In this document: positions 1-9,618 of the stretch, piece by piece
Numbering within the stretch: the stretch's first letter is position 1
How the letters are laid out: each line of letters begins with the position of its first letter
Source of the DNA: Candidatus Nomurabacteria bacterium
GTDB lineage: Bacteria; Patescibacteriota; Dojkabacteria; SC72; JAHDCA01
Direction: 5' to 3'
Assembly (NCBI GenBank): GCA_020632395.1
Contig: JACKFQ010000001.1
Location: 136,762 to 200,761, forward strand
DNA: 64,000 bases
Made by a program: the position numbers and the translations under genes
Notes under the pieces: model-generated
Seen by the model: the letters and a program-made list of their open reading frames with translations, nothing else
The model's database searches: none
Told to the model about the DNA's origin: nothing

Positions 1-268
1 TAGGCTCTGATATTCTGTAGACTAATTTGTTTGCTATCAGGTATTCTTTATCTTGATATGTTGGATACATAGACAACCCATCAACTTGATGAGGGGTAAT
101 TAGTACAAGATAAAGTACTACTAGGATCGCGGAGAATATTACAAAATTTTGAAGGATAGAGAATGCACGAGAGGGTAGGGTTTGAAAGAAGTGGAGGACT
201 TTTTGTCCAAAAGTCTTAGGAGCTTCTTTTTTCAGATCATACATTCCGTTGTTATCTTCGGGATTCAT
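1..268 (-). CDS. lepB: Signal peptidase I paralog (partial, runs off the left edge); N-terminal region MNPEDNNGMYDL...VDGLSMYPTYQDKEYLIANKLVYRISE
   Basis: My translation of the minus strand of 1-268 gives a TM anchor followed by the S26 box SMxPT motif, closely parallel to the downstream paralog (VVGKSMDPSFKNGEYLIANKLAYRIGE). The ATG at 268-266 overlaps the TGA stop of the upstream lepB copy (ATGA). Confidence 0.6.
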   Translation of the reverse strand, partial: MNPEDNNGMYDLKKEAPKTFGQKVLHFFQTLPSRAFSILQNFVIFSAILVVLYLVLITPHQVDGLSMYPTYQDKEYLIANKLVYRISEP

Positions 269-882
269 TTATCTTGTATATAAGTTTGATGTTCTATCAA
301 TCTGAATTGGTTGAATGGGAAGTATACGATCCAAGCTTTACCTTTGATGTCGGTTTTCTCAATAGATCCGAAGGTTCTTGAATCAGAGCTATGGGGCCTG
401 TTGTCTCCTGCGACAAAATATTCTCCTTCGGGTACAACAAATGTCTCACCCTCCTTGAGTACTGCACCTCCATTTGTGTAAACAGCTGGGTCAAGATATG
501 CTGTCTCATCTAGCAATAGGCCATTTACATAAAATCTTCCATCTTTTAGACTGATCTCATCTCCAGAGAGACCAATTATCCTTTTGATGTAATCTTGTGT
601 GGCTGAGTGTCTAAAGATAATCACATCGCCACGTTGTGGCTCTCCTATCCTGTATGCCAATTTATTGGCGATAAGGTATTCGCCATTCTTGAACGAAGGA
701 TCCATTGATTTTCCAACTACCTCGTGTGGAGTTATGAGAAATAGGTACAGCACAGTGCAAACAGCTAAGGCTACAATTATGGCCTCAATGCTTTCTAGCA
801 CAAATGACACCAATCCCCCGATCAAGGAAGTTTCTTTTTCGATCTTTCTTAGATCTGCAATATCTGTAGTTACGCTTTCCAT
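265..882 (-). CDS. lepB: Signal peptidase I (S26 family)
   Basis: The ORF-track protein has an N-terminal TM segment, the GKSMDPSF (SMxP box B) motif and GDNRPHSSDSRTFG (GDNRxxSxDSR box E). Confidence 0.8.
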   Translation of the reverse strand: MESVTTDIADLRKIEKETSLIGGLVSFVLESIEAIIVALAVCTVLYLFLITPHEVVGKSMDPSFKNGEYLIANKLAYRIGEPQRGDVIIFRHSATQDYIKRIIGLSGDEISLKDGRFYVNGLLLDETAYLDPAVYTNGGAVLKEGETFVVPEGEYFVAGDNRPHSSDSRTFGSIEKTDIKGKAWIVYFPFNQFRLIEHQTYIQDK

Positions 883-907
883 TCAGTTAGGCAGTTAGAT
901 TATGCCG

Positions 908-982
908 TGGTACCGCCACGGGGGATCGAACCCCGATTGCCGGGATGAAAACCCGGTGTCCTAACCATTAGACGATGGCGGC
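908..982 (-). tRNA. tRNA-Glu (anticodon TTC)
   Basis: The reverse complement reads GCCGCCATCGTCTAATGGTTAGGACACCGGGTTTTCATCCCGG...GGTTCGATCCCC...GGCGGTACCA. It has a cloverleaf with a TTC anticodon in a 7-nt loop, a GGTTCGATCC T-arm and an encoded CCA. Confidence 0.7.
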
Positions 983-1006
983 ATCTCGAGTATTTTACTT
1001 CTTTAT

Positions 1007-1228
1007 TTACCTATTGTTAAGATACTCTCTCTCTTCATCAAAAGTCGCTCTTTTGTAAGTGTTTGTATCCAGATCAATAACATATCTTCGCTTACACTTA
1101 CACTGTAGCATTGCTTTGTTAGTTCTAAATTGATGGCGATCGCACTTATCCAATGGATGAGTACAACCAGGACACAACCTCCTTCGTAATAGAACTATTT
1201 GAAATGGCAATGTTATTTTTTTTATCAT
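1007..1228 (-). CDS. Small zinc-ribbon protein (CPGC...CDRH, CKCK) between two tRNA genes
   Basis: 73-aa ORF with CxxC and a second Cys pair. It sits in an otherwise tRNA-only spacer. No family was recognised. Confidence 0.3.
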   Translation of the reverse strand: MIKKITLPFQIVLLRRRLCPGCTHPLDKCDRHQFRTNKAMLQCKCKRRYVIDLDTNTYKRATFDEEREYLNNR

Positions 1229-1244
1229 TTTCTATATTTCTAAT

Positions 1245-1331
1245 TGGTGCCGAGGAGAGGACTCGAACCTCCACAGGATATACTCCCACATGGTCCTAAG
1301 CCATGCGCGTCTGCCAGTTCCGCCACCTCGG
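1245..1331 (-). tRNA. tRNA-Leu (anticodon TAG), long variable arm, CCA encoded
   Basis: The reverse complement reads GCCGAGGTGGCGGAACTGGCAGACGCGCATGGCTTAGGACCATG...GGTTCGAGTCCTCTCCTCGGCACCA. Anticodon loop CTTAGGA, 87 nt including the extra arm. Confidence 0.7.
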
Positions 1332-1336
1332 CAAGT

Positions 1337-2398
1337 TCATTCAAAGGTCAAAGTATTATACAACATATAATCGGTTTTTGGCTTCTTGTTAAGAGAGAAC
1401 CATTCGACCATGAATTTCTCTGTATACCATACATGATATAACTCTGCAGGTGTAGCTCCAAAATGATTAATGAATTTTTGTATGAAGGAGAAACGTTTAT
1501 CTTGGTCAAGCATTAGATCAGATAGATCCTCCTCACTCTTTAGCTGTACCAATTCCTCGATGAAAGAGTGGGCTACTACATATGCAGAAAGAGCTTGATC
1601 GAGATCTGAAGAATGTAACGCCTTGTCAACATCCTCCAATGTATTGAGGTTTGATGTCGATCTAAAGAGAGTTGGATCATAATGTAGGGACTGGGAAGAA
1701 TAGTATTCAGCTGTACCTTCTGTAAACCAGAGAGGTGAGGATAAAACGATAGATTGTTCTGAGTCGAACTGATAAGCATGAACCAGTTCATGGGTAATTA
1801 GGCGAACTAGATCTGCTTTATCATAATCCCTCTCAGGAGAGATCAAGATCATTATCATCCCAAGTTTTGTCAACCCAGCGTATTGTAGTTGAGAATCATA
1901 AAGAAAACCGAGTTCTAACTCATATTTTGATTGATCATCTGTGAGTATAAAGCTGATCGGATCTTCTAATTCTTTACGGAAGCGTATACTTAATCTTTCA
2001 TACTGATATTGGGTGTTCGCTAGGAGAAAGTTTTTTTCATAACCATACAACGAACCATTGGTATTATCATCAAAACTGAATTGAAAAGTTCTCTTTGAGG
2101 ATTCAAGGAATTGTGCAGTAAGTTCCTCGTCCGTATATGGATCAATAATGATATCGCCTAGATCAAGTGTGCTCTGTGGATCAAAGGTTTCTGTAATAAC
2201 TCGTTCAACATTTTGGCTAGGTGGATTAATTGGTTGTTCAGAAGAAAGTGGAAGAGAAAATGCTGTGATCATGAATAATGCACAGGAAGTGAAACATAGA
2301 AAAATCGGGATTATCGCAAGAAATAACGCAATCAATAGTGTTGTATCTATTGATCCGCCACTACCGGCAATATTAGTTGGGGCAGGTTCAGGAGTCAT
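1337..2398 (-). CDS. Membrane-anchored putative zinc metallopeptidase (HExxH motif: ITHELVHAYQF)
   Basis: 353-aa ORF with an N-terminal hydrophobic anchor and a single HELVH motif. No further family assignment is possible from sequence alone. Confidence 0.45.
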   Translation of the reverse strand: MTPEPAPTNIAGSGGSIDTTLLIALFLAIIPIFLCFTSCALFMITAFSLPLSSEQPINPPSQNVERVITETFDPQSTLDLGDIIIDPYTDEELTAQFLESSKRTFQFSFDDNTNGSLYGYEKNFLLANTQYQYERLSIRFRKELEDPISFILTDDQSKYELELGFLYDSQLQYAGLTKLGMIMILISPERDYDKADLVRLITHELVHAYQFDSEQSIVLSSPLWFTEGTAEYYSSQSLHYDPTLFRSTSNLNTLEDVDKALHSSDLDQALSAYVVAHSFIEELVQLKSEEDLSDLMLDQDKRFSFIQKFINHFGATPAELYHVWYTEKFMVEWFSLNKKPKTDYMLYNTLTFE

Positions 2399-2408
2399 AC
2401 TAACTAGA

Positions 2409-3518
2409 TTAATCTAAGTCACTAAATACCTCAAGCTTCTCCTTGTCTGTGTTCTTATCTTCCATCTCCTCATCTGGTGATCCTTTTATTAGGTAGTGTG
2501 TGCCTCTACCGACCCCCATCTGTTCGATAAAACCCTGTTTAAGAAGATCCTGTAGATCCCTGTAGGCTGTCATGAATGAGACACCCATCATCTTAGAATA
2601 CTCTTCTCTTGTGACACTTTTTGTGTGTTCTAGATGATCAAGAGCCTTTATCTGCCGATTGTTCAGTTTATCCTTCAAGTCCCCGTGTTTCTTCACCTTG
2701 TTTTCAAGGGTGTTTGTATAGATATCTTCCTGTTCTCGTATCTGGATCGACATAGCGTATAAGAACGCCTCTATAAAAGGTGTCACATCCCTTCTGGATT
2801 TTGATAGCTTGTACGCTTCAACGATCTCCTTTGATATGAATTGTATAGCTTTCACAATAGGGAAAGTGGCATATTGATCGAATTCCTTCTCTTTTGATAA
2901 GGTGACCAGAAGTGCTATAGAAGTAAGCTGATTGGCTATTAATAAAGGTGCTTTATCGATAATCTCATATAAGATCAGGGCGTATCGGATCGTTGGTTGT
3001 ATCCTGTTAGGGCGATTGATCAGTAGATCTAACAGCTCATCAAAATACTGTTCAAAATTCACGGATGTATAGTAATCTCTCAATTTGTACCAATCATCAT
3101 AGAAAGGCACAGGCTTTTCTGAGAAATTTCTGAATCTCCCAGACTCCCAATCTTCACTTAATCTATTACTTACTAATTTATTTAGATGTAATATCAATTC
3201 TGATGACGGTCGTACAAAGTGCCTAGGATCATAATTCTTCGCAAACTCCAACGCATTGCGATAATTACTATACAGTAAATGCTTAGATCGAGCAGACGGC
3301 AAAACCTTACCCAGATAGACTCTTTCAGCTTCATCCAGACCTATCGGCTCTCCCACTAGCATAGATAAGTGCATGATCTCGCTGATATGTAGATCTTGTA
3401 CAACTTTCTCATGATAATTTTTAGGAAGTTTTGTATGTCTGATCCGATCCAGCGAAAGCTCTATCTTGATCAGATACTGGATCATCAGATTTGTATTGGT
3501 GTACTTTGGGAGTGTCAT
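2409..3518 (-). CDS. Hypothetical protein with a C-terminal winged-helix DNA-binding domain
   Basis: 369-aa ORF. The C-terminus ...TREEYSKMMGVSFMTAYRDLQDLLKQGFIEQMGVGRGTHY is a wHTH-like pattern. No Fic HPFxxGNGR motif was found. Confidence 0.4.
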   Translation of the reverse strand: MTLPKYTNTNLMIQYLIKIELSLDRIRHTKLPKNYHEKVVQDLHISEIMHLSMLVGEPIGLDEAERVYLGKVLPSARSKHLLYSNYRNALEFAKNYDPRHFVRPSSELILHLNKLVSNRLSEDWESGRFRNFSEKPVPFYDDWYKLRDYYTSVNFEQYFDELLDLLINRPNRIQPTIRYALILYEIIDKAPLLIANQLTSIALLVTLSKEKEFDQYATFPIVKAIQFISKEIVEAYKLSKSRRDVTPFIEAFLYAMSIQIREQEDIYTNTLENKVKKHGDLKDKLNNRQIKALDHLEHTKSVTREEYSKMMGVSFMTAYRDLQDLLKQGFIEQMGVGRGTHYLIKGSPDEEMEDKNTDKEKLEVFSDLD

Positions 3519-3729
3519 TTGCGTAACAATAGTATAACAGGAGAGGGTGGTTGTCTAGAGCTACGCCACTATAAGTGGTATTTAGTTTGATGTGATAGAT
3601 TTTATTGATATCGGAACTGGGTTGACCGGTGTACTCTATGTTCACGACGGACCATAGAACGGGAGATCCTCACTGGTGGAATGTTCTGTGGATCATACTC
3701 TCCCTCCCTCCGCACTATAAGTTAGCGGG

Positions 3730-3805
3730 ATGGAGCTGGCGGTGTGATTCGAACACACGACCTAATCTTTACGAAAGATTTGCTCTACCAACTGAGCTAC
3801 GCCAG
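3730..3805 (-). tRNA. tRNA-Thr (anticodon CGT), CCA encoded
   Basis: The reverse complement reads GCTGGCGTAGCTCAGTTGGTAGAGCAAATCTTTCGTAAAGATTAGGTCGTGTGTTCGAATCACACCGCCAGCTCCA. Anticodon loop TTCGTAA. Confidence 0.75.
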
Positions 3806-3887
3806 CATACCGCCGTATATTATCACAATCGATAGATAGCTACTAGACAGCACTTTATATCATCACCACATCATGATAGATTGAAGT

Positions 3888-5456
3888 ATGACAGTATCTC
3901 AATATATCGCATCTTGGCTGATCAAGAGAGGAGTAAAAACAGTATATGGACTACCAGGAGAAGAAGATCTACATCTACTGGATGCCATCCGTGAAGCTAA
4001 GATCGAATTCATAAGAGTAGATCATGAAGCAACAGCAGGATTCATGGCAGCCGCAGAAGCACGGATCACAGGAGATATTGCTGTCGTACTAACAACCCTA
4101 GGACCCGGTGCAACCAACGTTCTTACCTCTATCGCTCATAGTCAACTAGCTGGAATACCTATACTTTTGATAACCGCTGATAAGGCGTTTAACGTACCAC
4201 ACTCAAGTTTTCAACAAATCGACGCTGTGTCACTTTTTAAACCAGTTTCAAATTTCTCAGAACGCCTTGAAAGAGCTGATCGTATACCATCAATGCTCGA
4301 AAGTGCATATCAATATGCCCTATATTCGACTAAACCCGGTGTTTCTCACATACAGATCCCGTACGATATATCCAAAAGCACAATAAGGATCGATAATATC
4401 GAGATAGGAAGCTACAGTAAGTCTATAGCCTCTGACGATACTATCAGTAGGGCGAAAGAATATATTATTAATTCAAAACATCCGTTGATCATTTCAGCAG
4501 GAGGTTCTCAGGATCGAAAAATATCACAGGTTCTGAACAAAATTGTTACTAAGTACAAGATACCACATATAAGTACGGCGATGGGTAAGGGTAGTATCGA
4601 TGAGATGGGTGAAAATTATCTCGGTACAATAGTCTCAGAATTTGATGATCCGTTGAACAAAGCGATAAATTTCTCTGATCTTATAATCACAGTAGGGTAT
4701 CAATCACATGAACGACCTTTCTCTTTGAATACAAATGGAGAAAAGAAAGTACTCTCCTTTAGCACACATTTTCTGGATCTTGATCCGTTATTTATGCCTG
4801 ATGTACAGCTTGTCGGCGATATTCCAGCTAATGTTGCTAAGGTATTTAGTGAAATTGAGGTCGAGTATGAAGAAGTTGACTTCTATTCTTCACTTAACAG
4901 ATTTGTGCAAGGGGTCGATATCGATCAGTATGAGATCTATCTTCGTTCAATGATCGAAGGTTTGAATTCTATACTCTCACCGGAAGATACCGTTGTGTTA
5001 GATAATGGCTCATACAAATGGGCATTTTCAAGATATTTCAGATGTAGAAGGACTGACCAAATCATATTAGATAATGCATTAGCAACTATGGGCGGTGGAA
5101 TTGCGATGGGAGCATCTATTTCGCGACTAATCCCTAAGAATAAAGTTGTAACTATAGTAGGCGATGGGGGATTCTTGATGTCTTCTTATGACCTTGGAAC
5201 CGTTCGGAGATTTGCAAATGATCAGTGCATAATTATGATACGAAATGAAAGATATGAGATGATAGCTCGTAAACAGAAAAAAGAAGGTCTTGAGGAGTTT
5301 GGGGTTGATCTTGATCTACCTGATGTTGGCAAGATAGTAGAAGGTTATGGTATCCCTTATAGTTGGATGCATATACGCGAGATCGAGCAGCTCCTGAAAG
5401 AGGTGAGTAGGGAGGGGTGTAGATTCATCCAGCTAACTTATAGTGAGAGTTATTAG
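3888..5456 (+). CDS. Thiamine-pyrophosphate-dependent enzyme (acetolactate synthase large-subunit-like)
   Basis: 522 aa. The N-terminal TPP-PYR region (GLPGEEDLHLLDA...GPGATN) and a C-terminal GDGGF TPP-binding motif are visible. Confidence 0.65.
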   Translation: MTVSQYIASWLIKRGVKTVYGLPGEEDLHLLDAIREAKIEFIRVDHEATAGFMAAAEARITGDIAVVLTTLGPGATNVLTSIAHSQLAGIPILLITADKAFNVPHSSFQQIDAVSLFKPVSNFSERLERADRIPSMLESAYQYALYSTKPGVSHIQIPYDISKSTIRIDNIEIGSYSKSIASDDTISRAKEYIINSKHPLIISAGGSQDRKISQVLNKIVTKYKIPHISTAMGKGSIDEMGENYLGTIVSEFDDPLNKAINFSDLIITVGYQSHERPFSLNTNGEKKVLSFSTHFLDLDPLFMPDVQLVGDIPANVAKVFSEIEVEYEEVDFYSSLNRFVQGVDIDQYEIYLRSMIEGLNSILSPEDTVVLDNGSYKWAFSRYFRCRRTDQIILDNALATMGGGIAMGASISRLIPKNKVVTIVGDGGFLMSSYDLGTVRRFANDQCIIMIRNERYEMIARKQKKEGLEEFGVDLDLPDVGKIVEGYGIPYSWMHIREIEQLLKEVSREGCRFIQLTYSESY

Positions 5457-5558
5457 CCTACAATCGGAAAGTAGTAATAACGATACCCATTTGTTCATAT
5501 CTGCTAGTAATTACTATACTTCAAATTTCGCAGACGACTGATAATAGCTAATTGTGAA

Positions 5559-6923
5559 CTACTCTATCCAGACGCTTTTAAGGTTGACAAACTCGTGTAT
5601 ACCAAATGAACCTAATTCCCTTCCATATCCTGATCTTTTGACACCACCAAAAGGAAGACGCGGATCCGATCTGACCATCTGATTTATAAAAACATTACCC
5701 GCTTCTATTTGAGGGATCAGCTGCTCAGCCCTTTCATGATCTTTAGTCCAGATAGATGCACCTAGTCCATATTCTGTATCATTTGCGATCTGTATAGCTT
5801 CATAATCTTGTGAAAAGGTCTGTATCGCTGCTACAGGACCAAATGTCTCTTCTCCCATGACGGGCATATCAGGTGTGACATCAACGATTACAGTAGGTGA
5901 ATAGTAGTTACCTGGTTTTTCGATCCTTGTGCTTCCAATTACTACTCTACCACCCATTTTGATACTTTGTTGGATCTGTAGGTCAATGCTTTCAAGGATC
6001 GATGCTGTAGCAAGTGGACCTAAGTCAGTATCTTCTTTTAAGGGATCCCCGACCTTCAATCTGTTCAATTCATCTAGAAAAGCATCAAGAAATCTCTGGT
6101 ATGCTTTCTCCTGGATTAGAAATCTTTTTGCAGCAATGCAACTTTGCCCGTTATTGATCATCCTTGATCTTACAGCTACCTCTGCAGCTTTACGGATATC
6201 TGCATCAGGAAATACAATGAACGGATCACTTCCACCCAGCTCCATAACACTCTTCTTTTGTACACTTCCAGCTATACTTCCAATAGCTGAACCTGCCTTA
6301 GTACCGCCTGTGACAGAAACACCTTTGATATAGTGGTTGTGTAACATCTGCTCAACGCCGACTCTATCTGTAAGCACATTTAGATAGAGATCTTCAGGAA
6401 ATTCTGATCGGGTGAATAGCAATTCAAGAAATTGACTGAATTGTGGGATATTTGAGGCATGCTTTATTACGATACTATTCCCAGCAAGTAGAGTAGGTAT
6501 AGCAAATCTCACAACCTGCCATAGTGGGAAGTTCCAAGGCATAACACCTAAGATCACACCTAAGGGTTCTTTTGTAACATAGGTACGAAAAGCCTCTGTA
6601 TCGATCCGTTCAATAGAGAGTAGCCCAGAAGCCCTTTCTGCATAATACTCAATACACCAGATGGATTTGTCGATCTCAGCAAAAGATTCTTTGATCGGTT
6701 TGCCCATTTCTAGACTGATCAATTCTGCGATCCCTTGTTTGTTATCAGATAGCACCTTAGAGAATTTTAATAGAAGATCCGATCGTGTTTTGATATTTTC
6801 TTTTTTCCATTTACCTTGTGCAAGTTGAGAGCGATCAAGTATCTGATCTATTTCTGAAGATGTGTGGGTCGGATATTCGCCTAATAACTCGTTATTATGT
6901 GGGTTAATACTTTTTTGTGTCAT
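5559..6923 (-). CDS. NAD(P)+-dependent aldehyde dehydrogenase
   Basis: 454 aa. It has the ELGGSDP motif, the catalytic Cys in NNGQSCIAAKRF and a Rossmann GxxxxG segment. Confidence 0.8.
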   Translation of the reverse strand: MTQKSINPHNNELLGEYPTHTSSEIDQILDRSQLAQGKWKKENIKTRSDLLLKFSKVLSDNKQGIAELISLEMGKPIKESFAEIDKSIWCIEYYAERASGLLSIERIDTEAFRTYVTKEPLGVILGVMPWNFPLWQVVRFAIPTLLAGNSIVIKHASNIPQFSQFLELLFTRSEFPEDLYLNVLTDRVGVEQMLHNHYIKGVSVTGGTKAGSAIGSIAGSVQKKSVMELGGSDPFIVFPDADIRKAAEVAVRSRMINNGQSCIAAKRFLIQEKAYQRFLDAFLDELNRLKVGDPLKEDTDLGPLATASILESIDLQIQQSIKMGGRVVIGSTRIEKPGNYYSPTVIVDVTPDMPVMGEETFGPVAAIQTFSQDYEAIQIANDTEYGLGASIWTKDHERAEQLIPQIEAGNVFINQMVRSDPRLPFGGVKRSGYGRELGSFGIHEFVNLKSVWIE

Positions 6924-7321
6924 AGTTCATTATACAACAGATAATTTAGATCTCACCTTTATGGAATAAGAATATTCAAATATTTGAGTGTATGGATTGG
7001 TTCTGTTTTATAAGGCAGTATGTAAATATAACTTAGTTGATTCGAAAAATAACGTAGAAACATCACCGCCAAATCAATTTGTAGTTGTTCTTAAACTGAT
7101 AGCAACTGTTTGAAATATTTAAGATACATTTGTAATCTACCACTAAATAGGTATTTGATAAAAATCAATGTTCTATATCCAATATTATTCATTATCAAAA
7201 CTTGATTTATTATTCAGCCTTTAAAATGCTACTTGCTCTGTTTATATCGAAATGTTGTATACGATCTATAACCCACAGTACAGATAAACAAAATCCACCT
7301 AAGGGTGGATCTAATTTCTCA

Positions 7322-7395
7322 TGGAGCGGGATACGAGAATCGAACTCGTATCTCTACCTTGGGAAGGTGGCATTTTACCATTAAACTAATCCCGC
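7322..7395 (-). tRNA. tRNA-Gly (anticodon CCC), discriminator U, CCA encoded
   Basis: The reverse complement reads GCGGGATTAGTTTAATGGTAAAATGCCACCTTCCCAAGGTAGAGATACGAGTTCGATTCTCGTATCCCGCTCCA. Confidence 0.7.
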
Positions 7396-7431
7396 ATTGT
7401 AGCTGTATATTGTTACAGCTACAAAGATTTA

Positions 7432-7794
7432 TTATGCCTGTAAGGCATCCTTTATCTTATTCCAATCTGCTTTAAGTTGAACTCCTAATTTCTTAGATGC
7501 TTCAGAAGTGATCTCTTTGTTGTTTTTCAGTTCAGCCAGAACACCATCGACTAACTCTTCGTATTTAACCTTGTCGATCTTCGTACCGAGCTTCTTTACT
7601 TCTGCAACCTTCTTGTCAAGAGACATTTTAGCCTTCTTGTAGACATCCTCAGCTTGAGTTTTTAGCTCTTGAGCTTTTTTCTTGATGTCATTGCGTGTTT
7701 CTTTTCCTGATTTAGGGGCAAATAATACGCCTGCGACAGTCCCAGCGATGGCACCTGCAACTGCACCTTTTACAAATGAAGTTCCTTTACTCAT
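7432..7794 (-). CDS. YtxH/DUF948-like small protein (N-terminal Gly/Ala-rich TM segment plus Lys-rich coiled coil)
   Basis: ORF 7432-7839. The likely start is the internal MSKGTSFVKGAVAGAIAG... Confidence 0.45.
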   Translation of the reverse strand: MSKGTSFVKGAVAGAIAGTVAGVLFAPKSGKETRNDIKKKAQELKTQAEDVYKKAKMSLDKKVAEVKKLGTKIDKVKYEELVDGVLAELKNNKEITSEASKKLGVQLKADWNKIKDALQA

Positions 7795-7920
7795 TGTGTA
7801 GTTTAGTTTCAATTTAATGTTCAATATTACTATGAACATAACTACTTTACCAGTAGAACATTACACCTTACTGATTAAGGTTGGATCATAAACTCATTCA
7901 TCAGATAAATTGCATTGAGT

Positions 7921-8571
7921 CTATAATTGGAGTTTTTTGATCATTAGATAACCGATAAACAGAAATGTTCCAATTGATAATATGATTATTAACAGCTGAA
8001 AGGCACTTACTTCCGGGCGTTCGTATGTATTCTTTTCTTCATCGAGAACTTCAGACAGTCTGATAGGCTCTTCATCTGATGTGGTCGCATTATCGGTGGT
8101 GGTATTTTCCTCGTTGGATGTGTCTAGCTTGGTCGAATCAGGCAGGTTCTCAGAATCATTGGGTTGCTCGGTATCGTTAGGGTCTTGCACCTCTGTTGGC
8201 TCGTCTAGTGGAAGAGCGATACCTGCATTCGCAAAAAGTAACCTCTCAATATCACTTGCTCCTTGATAACAAGTGGAATCAACTACAAGGGTTGGTACTA
8301 TCTGATCATTGTCATTACAAGTCTCAAGATCATTAAGTAGTAATTGTTTGTTTTCGTCTGGAGTAACCTCGATTACTGTGACGTCTAGGATTTCCAATAC
8401 CCCAGAGGGTTCAGCCTCTTCTAATAACTTTTGACAATGCGGACAGCTGTCTAGGACATAAAGGGTATACTTTGAATTCAGATTGTCTTGCGCATATATT
8501 CTTGCGTTGGTCAGGAAAAGAATTCCGTAGAGTGATATTATTATTAATAATGTTTTGATGACTGACTTCAT
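7921..8571 (-). CDS. Membrane-anchored thioredoxin/glutaredoxin-like protein (CPHC motif) with an acidic C-terminal tail and a C-terminal TM segment
   Basis: 216 aa with an N-terminal signal/TM segment, a DSCPHCQKL CxxC motif, an Asp/Glu/Thr-rich tail and a hydrophobic C-terminal segment. Confidence 0.5.
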   Translation of the reverse strand: MKSVIKTLLIIISLYGILFLTNARIYAQDNLNSKYTLYVLDSCPHCQKLLEEAEPSGVLEILDVTVIEVTPDENKQLLLNDLETCNDNDQIVPTLVVDSTCYQGASDIERLLFANAGIALPLDEPTEVQDPNDTEQPNDSENLPDSTKLDTSNEENTTTDNATTSDEEPIRLSEVLDEEKNTYERPEVSAFQLLIIILSIGTFLFIGYLMIKKLQL

Positions 8572-8609
8572 ATATTTTTCAGCTTCTCTAAATATAATTA
8601 TCTTATTAT

Positions 8610-9257
8610 ATGATAAATACAGATATACAACTAGAAAAGAAGCTTTGGGATGAGGGGTTTAAATATATTGTCGGCTTAGATGAGGCTGGACGCGGACCTT
8701 GGGCTGGTCCTGTCGTAGCAGGTGCAGTATTAGTACTTCAGGATCACATACCAGATATTGCTGTAACTGATAGTAAGAAGATGACAGAAGCAAGAAGGCT
8801 CATCGCCTATGAAAAGATCATTAACTCGTCCTATCATAAATGGGGTGTGGGTGTTGTAGAGCCGTCTGTTATTGATACTCTAGGAATAAATGCAGCAATT
8901 CGTATAGCAATGGAGTCAGCAGTAAAGGGTATAGAAACTGAGATCAATAAGCTTGTAGAATATCTACTGATAGATGGTCAGAATGTACAGAGTATTCCTT
9001 TGTATAAGCAATACAAAGTCAATAAAGGTGATGGTTTGCATTATTCCATCGCTGCTGCATCAATCATTGCAAAAGTCACTCGAGATCGAATAATGGAAGA
9101 GTATACGCAGAAATACCCAGAATTCAGATTTGATAAACATAAAGGTTATGGCACAAAACAGCATCAAGAGGAGCTAAAACAACATGGGGTCACAGCAATA
9201 CATAGAAAGACATATGCACCGATTTCAGATATCCTCAAGCATCAGGACTCACAATAA
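8610..9257 (+). CDS. rnhB: Ribonuclease HII
   Basis: 215 aa. The VGLDEAGRGPWAGPVV catalytic-site motif is typical of RNase HII. Confidence 0.85.
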   Translation: MINTDIQLEKKLWDEGFKYIVGLDEAGRGPWAGPVVAGAVLVLQDHIPDIAVTDSKKMTEARRLIAYEKIINSSYHKWGVGVVEPSVIDTLGINAAIRIAMESAVKGIETEINKLVEYLLIDGQNVQSIPLYKQYKVNKGDGLHYSIAAASIIAKVTRDRIMEEYTQKYPEFRFDKHKGYGTKQHQEELKQHGVTAIHRKTYAPISDILKHQDSQ

Positions 9258-9606
9258 GTCTACCTCCACAAAAGGGAAGGTATTTGAAGATATTGTAGAA
9301 AAAGTGTTATGTGATAAGGGATGGAAAGTTCTCGTAAGAAATTTCCATTCGCATCAGGGTGAGATCGACAGATTATTCCAGATGAATGATGAATACATTA
9401 TCGTCGAGGTCAAAGGTGTTTCAGCTAATATCCATTCGTACATAGAAAGCTCTTTCGATATTCGGAAGATCAGAAGAATATTAGGAACTTACGATTATTG
9501 GTGTTACAAAAATGGGGTCTTTGATAAGGATGCTAGATTGGTTTTAGCAATTGTCACAAAGAAAGATGGACTTTTTATTGTAAAACTCCTAAACATTAGA
9601 GTATAA
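9184..9606 (+). CDS. yraN: YraN-family (UPF0102) endonuclease-like protein
   Basis: FEDIVEKVLCDKGWKVLVRNFHSHQGEIDRLF...IIVEVKG matches the UPF0102 pattern. It overlaps the rnhB 3' end, and the true start may be the internal Met at 9214. Confidence 0.55.
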   Translation: MGSQQYIERHMHRFQISSSIRTHNKSTSTKGKVFEDIVEKVLCDKGWKVLVRNFHSHQGEIDRLFQMNDEYIIVEVKGVSANIHSYIESSFDIRKIRRILGTYDYWCYKNGVFDKDARLVLAIVTKKDGLFIVKLLNIRV

Positions 9607-9618
9607 TCTCGCAGTTCT

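Noticed and set aside
599-898. 99-aa plus-strand ORF
   Set aside because: It is fully antisense to the well-supported signal peptidase I gene and has no recognisable features.
5929-6333. 134-aa plus-strand ORF
   Set aside because: Antisense inside the aldehyde dehydrogenase gene.
7202-7384. 60-aa plus-strand ORF
   Set aside because: It overlaps tRNA-Gly(CCC) on the opposite strand and lies in an AT-rich promoter-like spacer.
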